Below the pieces are notes generated by a model. That model did not search any database, was not told the origin of the DNA, and was given only the letters and a program-made list of their open reading frames with translations. From IMG/VR virus record IMGVR_UViG_3300010052_000008, positions 1-28,521 of that record: DNA of 28,521 bases; one strand, written 5' to 3'. This DNA comes from a virus (lineage: Duplodnaviria; Caudoviricetes). A program made the position numbers and the translations under genes. Below, one piece after another: positions 22,287 to 28,521 of the stretch (positions are counted from its first letter, which is position 1; each line of letters begins with the position of its first letter).

Positions 22287-22841
22287 ATGGATCTCTCGGC
22301 CGTCATCCTGCACCTGCGCGACCATACGCCCCTGTTCGAGGGACGCGTGGCCGGCGCCGCCGAATACGCCAAGGGTGTCGAGGATCAGACCTGGATGGCG
22401 CTACCGGCCGCCTATCTGGTGCCGGAAGACGAGGACGCCGAACCGGACACGGCCCAGAGCGGCGGGCTCGAGCAGGAGGTGACGATCCGCTTCGGCGTCG
22501 TCGTCGCGCTCGACAACACCGCCGACCGTCGCGGCCAGACGGCCTCCGCGCAGTATCACGCGGTGCGCATGGCGCTGTTCCGCGCGCTGCTGAACTGGAT
22601 GCCGCCGCCACCGGCAGGCGACGTCCGCCGCTCCGCCAAGGGTCTCTACTACGTCGAAGGCGCGCTGCAGGGATTCGACCGGAAGCGCCTGTTCTACAAA
22701 TGGACCTTCGCGCTCGACACCATCATCACCGATGCGGATGGCTGGCAGGAGACGCTGCCGGACCTCGAGGCCGTGACGGTCACGACGAAGGTTCCGCCCG
22801 ACACCGATCCGGTCGTCGCCGAGTTCCTCACCCAACCCTGA
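22287..22841 (+). CDS. Tail terminator/completion protein
   Basis: F.GRVAGAAEY, LPAAYLVP, FGVVV.L...D.RGQ, LFRALLNW.P; located before the sheath. Confidence 0.78.
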   Translation: MDLSAVILHLRDHTPLFEGRVAGAAEYAKGVEDQTWMALPAAYLVPEDEDAEPDTAQSGGLEQEVTIRFGVVVALDNTADRRGQTASAQYHAVRMALFRALLNWMPPPPAGDVRRSAKGLYYVEGALQGFDRKRLFYKWTFALDTIITDADGWQETLPDLEAVTVTTKVPPDTDPVVAEFLTQP

Positions 22842-22857
22842 GACGGGACAGCCGAGC

Positions 22858-23028
22858 ATGTACGTCGTTCCAGCGCCCGGCTTCCGGGTGCCCGATCCCG
22901 ACCTGTCCGATTACCTGCCGGCCGAAGGCCGAGAGGTGCCGGACAGCGCCTATTGGCGCCGGCGCGAGCGCGACGGCGATGTGACGGTGGGCCAGCCGCC
23001 CGCCACCCCCAGCGCTCCGGAGGCGTGA
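22858..23028 (+). CDS. DUF2635 / Mu gp38-like small protein
   Basis: MYVVPAPGFRVPDPDLSDYLPAEGREVPDSAYWRRRERDGDV is the signature of the gene preceding Mu-type sheaths. Confidence 0.85.
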   Translation: MYVVPAPGFRVPDPDLSDYLPAEGREVPDSAYWRRRERDGDVTVGQPPATPSAPEA

Positions 23029-23029
23029 C

Positions 23030-24502
23030 ATGGCCATTTCCTTCACGCAGATCCCGCAGTCGCTGCGGCTGCCCTTCTTCTTCGCCGAGGTCGATCCCAG
23101 CCGCGCGAATCTCGGCAGCCGGCCCCAGCGCAGCCTGCTGATCGGCCAGGTCACCGCCGCCGGCGCCGGGACCGGCGTGCCAGCCCTCGTTCAGGGCGTG
23201 GCCTGGGCTCGCACCGCCTTCGGTGCCGGTTCCATGCTGGCGCTGATGGTCGAGCAGTATCGCGCCCGCGATCCGTTCGGCGAACTGTGGGCGCTGCCGC
23301 TCGCCGATAACGGCTCCGGCGTTGCCGCCACGGGCACGATCCTGGTCGCCAGCGCGCCGACGGCTGCGGGGACGATCCCGCTCTACATCGCCGGCCGGCG
23401 CGTGCTGCAGGCGGTCACCGCGTCGCAGACCGCTGCGCAGGTGGCGACGGCTCTTGCGGCGACGATCAATGCCGACGTGAACCTGCCGGTGACCGCCACT
23501 GTCGACACCGCCACGGTCACCCTGACCGCGAAGAACAAGGGCCCGGAGGGCAACGGCATCGATATCCGCGCCGCCTATCTGGGCGCACCGGGCGGCGAGG
23601 CGCTGCCGGCAGGCCTGGCACTGACCATCACGGCCATGGCCAGCGGCGCGACTGCGCCGACGCTCTCTACGCCGCTGGCGAACCTCGGTGACACGGACTT
23701 CGACTTCATTGCCTTCCCCTACACCGACACCACCAGCCTCAATGCGATGCGCGACACCATGGCGCTGCGCTGGGCCTGGAACCGGCAGATCTATGGCGGC
23801 GCCTTCTCCGCGATTCGGGGGACGGTCGGTGCGCGGACCACCTTCGGTTCCGGCCGGAATGACCCCTACGTCAGCGTGATGGGGTTCCCGGACAGCCCGA
23901 CGCCGGCATGGCTCTGGGCCGCGGACTACTGCGCCGCCTGCGCCGAGAGCGTGCGTGCCGACCCCGGCCTCCCGCTGCAGACGATCGCGCTGAACGTGCT
24001 GGCGCCGCCGGTCGGCCTGCGAGACGCGATGGAGGACCGCAACGCGCTGCTCTTCGCCGGCGTCTCGACCCATACCGTGGGCGCGGACGGCGTGGTGCGA
24101 GTCGAGCGCGCGATCACGACCTATCAGCGCAACGCCCAGGGGCTTCCGGACGACAGCTACCTCGACGTCGAGCGGATGTTCACCCTGTCCTATGCGCTGC
24201 GCGACATCCGCACCTTCATCGTCGGGACCTATGGACGGGCGAAGCTGGCGAATGACGGGCAGCGCGTGCCGCCCGGGTCCACCATCGTCACGCCTGCGAT
24301 CCTGAAGGCCGGCATCCTGGCCCGCTACCGGCTGCTCGAGAGGCAGGGCTACGTCCAGGACTTCGACAGCTTCCGCGCCAACCTGGTCGTGGAGCGCAAT
24401 TCGCAGAACCCCTCGCGGGTGGATGTGCTCTGGCCGGTCGTCCCGATCGACCAGCTCCGCCAGGTGGCGCTGCTCGCGCAGTTCCGCAACGCCGCGATCT
24501 GA
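23030..24502 (+). CDS. Contractile tail sheath protein (Mu gpL-like)
   Basis: ISF..IP..LRLPFFFAEVDPS.A, FGAGSML..M, LTAKNKG..GN, DPGLPLQT, ERAITTYQ.N..G..D.SYLD, RVDVL.P...QLR. Confidence 0.95.
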   Translation: MAISFTQIPQSLRLPFFFAEVDPSRANLGSRPQRSLLIGQVTAAGAGTGVPALVQGVAWARTAFGAGSMLALMVEQYRARDPFGELWALPLADNGSGVAATGTILVASAPTAAGTIPLYIAGRRVLQAVTASQTAAQVATALAATINADVNLPVTATVDTATVTLTAKNKGPEGNGIDIRAAYLGAPGGEALPAGLALTITAMASGATAPTLSTPLANLGDTDFDFIAFPYTDTTSLNAMRDTMALRWAWNRQIYGGAFSAIRGTVGARTTFGSGRNDPYVSVMGFPDSPTPAWLWAADYCAACAESVRADPGLPLQTIALNVLAPPVGLRDAMEDRNALLFAGVSTHTVGADGVVRVERAITTYQRNAQGLPDDSYLDVERMFTLSYALRDIRTFIVGTYGRAKLANDGQRVPPGSTIVTPAILKAGILARYRLLERQGYVQDFDSFRANLVVERNSQNPSRVDVLWPVVPIDQLRQVALLAQFRNAAI

Positions 24503-24514
24503 GGAACCCACGGG

Positions 24515-24892
24515 ATGAGCGCCACTCTCGGCACCGACCGCCGCATTGGCGGCACCGCGTCCGTCACCGTCGACGGCCGCACCTATCTGCTGGTGGGCGA
24601 ACTGACCTATGGCGTCAGTCAGGTCCGCCGCACCACCATGACCGGCCAGGACCGGGTCCACGGCTACCAGGAGATGCCGACGCCCGGCTTCATCGCCGGC
24701 ACCTTCCGTGACGTCGCCGAGCTGCGCGTCGAGGACTTCAACGCGATGACCGACGTCTCGGTCGTCGTCAGCCTGAACAACGGCAAGACGATCTCCGGCA
24801 CGGGAATGTGGACGGTCGAAGCGCAGGAGGTCGCGACGACCGAGGGCACCTTCGCCGTCCGCTGGGAAGGCGACCGGGTGGAGACCGTCTGA
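24515..24892 (+). CDS. Tail tube protein (Mu gpM-like)
   Basis: RIGGTASVTVDG, G.D.VHGYQEMP.PGFI, LNNGK, EG...VRWEG. Confidence 0.9.
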   Translation: MSATLGTDRRIGGTASVTVDGRTYLLVGELTYGVSQVRRTTMTGQDRVHGYQEMPTPGFIAGTFRDVAELRVEDFNAMTDVSVVVSLNNGKTISGTGMWTVEAQEVATTEGTFAVRWEGDRVETV

Positions 24893-25410
24893 TGGCGCGC
24901 GAGACGACGATCCCGCTTCCCGCGCCGATCGACGCGGGGAAGGGCGCCCAGGTCACGGAGCTGAAGCTGCGAGAGCCGACGCTCGGCGAGATGGACAAGG
25001 CGATGGCGCCGGGTTCAACCGCGTATGGTCAGGCCGCGAAGATCATCGGCCTGATCGCCGGCCTGGACGATGTCGTCGCTGGCCGCCTGCCGGCTTCGGT
25101 CCGCACGGCGGCGATGGAGTTCGTCGAGAGCTTCGCGCCGACCGATGAGGAGATCGAGGCGCTCGAGGTCGGCGTCCCGCACACGATCGAGCTGGCGGAT
25201 CCGATCCCGCTCGGCTCGGCCGCGGTTCACCATTTCACCCTGCAGGAACCGACGCTGGCGCAGCTCGATCGCGCGATGAAGGCCGCCGGGCCTCTGCGCC
25301 AGATGATCCTGCTCGCCTCTCAGGCCGGTGGCATCCCGCTGCCGGTGGCGGAGCGCATCCCCTATTCGCGCCTCGCCGAGATCGGGAAGTTCTTCCGCCC
25401 TTTTCTGTAG
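24892..25410 (+). CDS. Tail assembly chaperone (Mu gp41/P2 gpE-like), internally duplicated
   Basis: Two copies of T-I-x-L-x-x-P-I...L-(R/Q)-E-P-T-L; TGATG coupling to the tube gene. Confidence 0.85.
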   Translation: MARETTIPLPAPIDAGKGAQVTELKLREPTLGEMDKAMAPGSTAYGQAAKIIGLIAGLDDVVAGRLPASVRTAAMEFVESFAPTDEEIEALEVGVPHTIELADPIPLGSAAVHHFTLQEPTLAQLDRAMKAAGPLRQMILLASQAGGIPLPVAERIPYSRLAEIGKFFRPFL

Positions 25411-25556
25411 GCCGTCCGGGTAACTGGGTCGCCGTCGTCGCCGGCATCACCCGCTTCTTCGGGTGGGGCCCGACCGCTTGGCGCGACATCACCACGGCGG
25501 AGCTTCTGTCCTGGAATGAAGAGGCGCACCGCATGATCGCTGAGCGGGGACGCTGA
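25398..25556 (+). other. Programmed -1 frameshift site and gpGT/gpE'-type extension ORF
   Basis: C CCT TTT (25398-25404) is an X XXY YYZ heptamer in the chaperone frame. The -1 frame reads ...SVGRPGNWVAVVAGITRFFGWGPTAWRDITTAELLSWNEEAHRMIAERGR and stops at 25554-25556, coupled to the tape-measure ATG. Confidence 0.85.
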
Positions 25557-27556
25557 TGGCCGGCGGCTACAGCGTCACGATCCGGGCCGAGGACGGCGCG
25601 ACGGCGGTCATCAACCGCATCAACGCCTCCCTCTCGCGCATGACGGCGCCGGTGTCGCGGCTCAATGCCGCGACCAAGACGCTGGCGGATCGCACCGGTC
25701 TGACGCGCCTGACGACCGGGTTCGAGCAGGCGGCGCAGGGCGCGCTTTCCCTGGGCAACCGGATCTCCGGCGTGCTGCCGATGTTCGGTGCGCTCACCGG
25801 TGCCGCCAGCCTTGCCGGCATGGCGCGGCTGGTGACGACCTGGTCCCGGTTCGGCGAGGAAATCGGGCGCGCATCCGACCGGCTTGGCATCTCCGCGCGC
25901 TCCCTCGGCCAGTGGCAGACCGGGGCGCGCCTGGCCGGCGCCAGCATGCTGGGCATGACGCAGGGGCTGACCAGCCTGCGCGACACGCTGACGGACGCCG
26001 TCGGCGGCCGGAACAACGAAGCGGTTCAGTATCTCAACATCCTCGGCGTCCGCTTCCGTGACGCTCGCGGCAACGCCCGCGACTTCGAGGAAGTGCTGCC
26101 TGAGCTGGCAGAGCGCATCAAGAACCTGCGCGACCCGACCCTGCAGGCGCGCGTCGCCACCGTGTTCTTCGGCGGCGCCACGGCCGAGCTGCTGCCGATC
26201 CTGCGCCAAGGCGCCGACGGCATCCGCCGCATGCGACAGGAAGGCGAGGCCACCAGCCGCACGACGGATGAACAGGTCGCGCGGGCCAGGGCGCTGGGGC
26301 ATGCGTGGCGCGGACTGGAGACCGGGGCGACGCAGGCGGGCAATGCACTCGCTTCCGCCCTGGCGCCGGCACTGACGCCGCTGCTGGAGCGTCTTTCGGC
26401 CTGGGTACAGGCCAGCGACGGGCTGGCGGGGTGGATCGATCGCCTCTCCACGAAGATCGATGACTGGGTGGCGCGCGGCGGCCCGAAGGAACTCGGCGAC
26501 CAGATCGCCAGCATCGCCGAGACCGTCGATCGCGTCGTCACCGCCTTCGGCGGCTGGGAAACTGCCATCGTCGGCCTCGGCGCCGCGATGACGCTCAATC
26601 TGCTTGGGCCGCTCGGCACTGCGGCGCGCGCGCTGGTGACGCTCGCGGGCGTCCAGATCCCGGCTTGGTTGCTGCGCCTGCTGGGGGCGGGCGGGCTTGG
26701 CGCCGTGGGTGCGGTGGCCTTGGCCATGACGCCGTCGCCGGCCGGCGAGACCCAGTCCGATCGCGATCTGCTGGAGCGGCTGCGGCAGGACCCGGAGGCG
26801 GCACAGCGCGAGATGGCGGGTGACGCGCCGGTGCGCGCGCCGGTCGCGCCCACGGCGGCCGGCTGGATTTCCAACTTGTGGCGCACCCGCATCATGGGCA
26901 CTCAGCCGCAGACCGGCGTCTACGGCACGCCACCGCCCGCGACGCCGGGCGATCCCAGCGCGCCGCGCGGGCTTCGCAACAACAACCCGCTCAACCTGAT
27001 GCATCACCCGGCGCAGGTCGGGCTGGATCCGGCCCGTCCGTCCGATGGCCGCTTCGGCCGCTACAACACGATGGAGGAGGGATATGCCTCCGCCATCCGG
27101 CAGATGCGGCTCAATGCCTCCCGCGGGAACGACACGCTGGCGCGGCAGATCGCGGTCTGGGCGCCGCCGAACGAAAACAACACGGCCGCCTACATCGCAC
27201 GCGTGGCGCGGGAGGCGGGCATGTCGCCGAACGATAGGCTCGACCTCAACGATCGCGGCCGCCTCGCCACCGTCCTCTCGACCATGACGGCGATCGAGAA
27301 CGGCCGCAGCGTCGACCGCAGCGTCATCGATCGCGGAATCGGCCTGGCCCTCGGTCCCGGCGAAGGCGGCGCGGCGCCGGTCACCCCGGTTCCCGCCGGC
27401 GATGGCCCGGCCGGCGGCGCATCGGGCCGCGTGGCGGTGGATGTCACCCTGCGGGGTGCGCCGCCTGGCACCACCGTGATGGCAAGCGCATCCGGCGCCG
27501 CCCAGGCCGCGCCGCCGCGCGTCGAGCGTGCCCTGCCGAGCATGGCCGCGCCATGA
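25556..27556 (+). CDS. Tape measure protein with C-terminal lysozyme-like domain
   Basis: Ala/Gly-rich helical N-terminus and hydrophobic segment; PRGLRNNNPLNL...GRF..Y.TMEEG...WAPPNENNT.AY...ENG at about 26963-27304. Confidence 0.9.
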   Translation: MAGGYSVTIRAEDGATAVINRINASLSRMTAPVSRLNAATKTLADRTGLTRLTTGFEQAAQGALSLGNRISGVLPMFGALTGAASLAGMARLVTTWSRFGEEIGRASDRLGISARSLGQWQTGARLAGASMLGMTQGLTSLRDTLTDAVGGRNNEAVQYLNILGVRFRDARGNARDFEEVLPELAERIKNLRDPTLQARVATVFFGGATAELLPILRQGADGIRRMRQEGEATSRTTDEQVARARALGHAWRGLETGATQAGNALASALAPALTPLLERLSAWVQASDGLAGWIDRLSTKIDDWVARGGPKELGDQIASIAETVDRVVTAFGGWETAIVGLGAAMTLNLLGPLGTAARALVTLAGVQIPAWLLRLLGAGGLGAVGAVALAMTPSPAGETQSDRDLLERLRQDPEAAQREMAGDAPVRAPVAPTAAGWISNLWRTRIMGTQPQTGVYGTPPPATPGDPSAPRGLRNNNPLNLMHHPAQVGLDPARPSDGRFGRYNTMEEGYASAIRQMRLNASRGNDTLARQIAVWAPPNENNTAAYIARVAREAGMSPNDRLDLNDRGRLATVLSTMTAIENGRSVDRSVIDRGIGLALGPGEGGAAPVTPVPAGDGPAGGASGRVAVDVTLRGAPPGTTVMASASGAAQAAPPRVERALPSMAAP

Positions 27557-28365
27557 GCGGGATCTTCACGGGGAAGGGGCTGCTCGGCGGGGGTGGCGCC
27601 TTCTGGAAGGACCAGCTTCGCCCCGCATCGTGGCGCGGCGTGACCTTCGGCGTCCTGCTGGAGCAGGAGGAGGTCACCCGCCAGCTCGCGACGCACCAGT
27701 ATCCCTATCGCGACGAGGTCTGGGTCGAGGATCTCGGCGGCGGCACCGCGCCCTTCGCGGTGAACGGCTTCCTGGTCGGGGACGATGCGATCCAGCAGCG
27801 GGACGCGCTGCGGGCCGCCGCGAACCGCGAAGGGCCCGGCGACCTCGTCCACCCCATGCGCGGCAGCATGCAGGCTGTCCTGCTCTCGCTCTCCATCGGG
27901 TCGAAATGGGACGCCGGGCGCGTCATCGAGCTGTCGTTCCGCTTCATCCCCTACGCGCCGCGCCGCTACCCGGCGACGGAAACCGATACCGCCCAAGCGA
28001 CCGAGAATGCAGCCGATGCCGCGGACGCCGCGTCGGAAAGCGGCTTCCTCGACCAGATCGGCGAGGCGATCTCCTACGGCGCCGGCGTGGTCGACCAGGC
28101 GGTGTCCGTGGCGCGGGATGTCCAGTCGCAGGCGAATGCGCTCATGGGCGATGCCGCAGCGGCGCTGCATGCCGTCGGATCGCTGACCGGGCAGAACTAC
28201 ATGTCGGGCCGGCTCGGCCGCTACTTCCGGGGGGCCAGGGGCGTGATGCAGACGAGCATCGGGCAGGTGAACACGGTCACGGGCGCGATTGGGCGGGTGA
28301 ACACCGCGCGCGCAACGGTGACCCAGGCGGGCGCCACGCTCGTGACGAAGGCCAGCCTGCTGTGA
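27553..28365 (+). CDS. DNA circularisation protein N-terminal part (Mu gpN-like)
   Basis: WKDQLRPASWRGV.F, HQYPYRDEVWVEDLG, GPGDLVHP..G. Confidence 0.9.
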   Translation: MSGIFTGKGLLGGGGAFWKDQLRPASWRGVTFGVLLEQEEVTRQLATHQYPYRDEVWVEDLGGGTAPFAVNGFLVGDDAIQQRDALRAAANREGPGDLVHPMRGSMQAVLLSLSIGSKWDAGRVIELSFRFIPYAPRRYPATETDTAQATENAADAADAASESGFLDQIGEAISYGAGVVDQAVSVARDVQSQANALMGDAAAALHAVGSLTGQNYMSGRLGRYFRGARGVMQTSIGQVNTVTGAIGRVNTARATVTQAGATLVTKASLL

Positions 28366-28521
28366 CGGCCGCGTCCGACATGGCCGCCGCGGCCCGGAGC
28401 CTCGCCGCCGCGCTGCGCTCCGTGGCCGATGATCCCGCCGATCAGGTCCGTCTGATGCTGGCGCTGGCGTCGATCTCGCCGGTGGGGCCCTCCGGATCCG
28501 GGCCGGTCGGCCGGGCCATCG
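28362..28521 (+). CDS. Partial CDS, probably the C-terminal half of a split gpN-like protein
   Basis: GTGA coupling; MTAASDMAAAARSLAAALRSVADDPADQVRLMLALASI...; runs off the window. Confidence 0.65.
   Translation, partial: MTAASDMAAAARSLAAALRSVADDPADQVRLMLALASISPVGPSGSGPVGRAI

Larger units (their letters stand above)
33..28521. mobile_element. Temperate phage/prophage (partial): lambdoid control region, HK97-like head, Mu-like contractile tail
   Basis: Continuous, mostly translationally coupled phage gene order from the immunity region to gpN; no host housekeeping genes. Confidence 0.96.

Overview
The window is an Illumina adapter remnant (1-32) followed by a large part of a GC-rich temperate phage or prophage genome, truncated at both ends. 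The host is probably alphaproteobacterial, inferred from the GapR/DUF2312 and DUF1194 homologues and a GC content of about 70% by eye. The layout is lambdoid. A leftward early arm is followed by a cI/cro switch with five TCACC-N5-GGTGA-type operators and a reverse-oriented membrane-protein moron. The rightward early operon encodes an HTH protein, a GapR homologue, an SNF2-helicase/DNA-methyltransferase fusion, an HD phosphohydrolase, a Tat-signal vWA protein, a VRR-NUC nuclease, a replication initiator with 12-bp iterons and a loader-like protein. A NusG/RfaH paralogue sits where lambda has Q. Then come HNH, a candidate cos site, terminase, an HK97-type head and a Mu-type contractile tail with a -1 frameshifted chaperone, a tape measure with a lysozyme-like domain and a split gpN. 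No integrase, att site, lysis cassette, baseplate or fibre genes fall in the window. The best candidate for an undescribed system is a late-gene switch: the 5' coding region of the NusG paralogue also contains a sigma70-like promoter, a hairpin and an RfaH ops-like GCGGTAGC element. All family assignments come from motif recognition by eye; no database searches were run.
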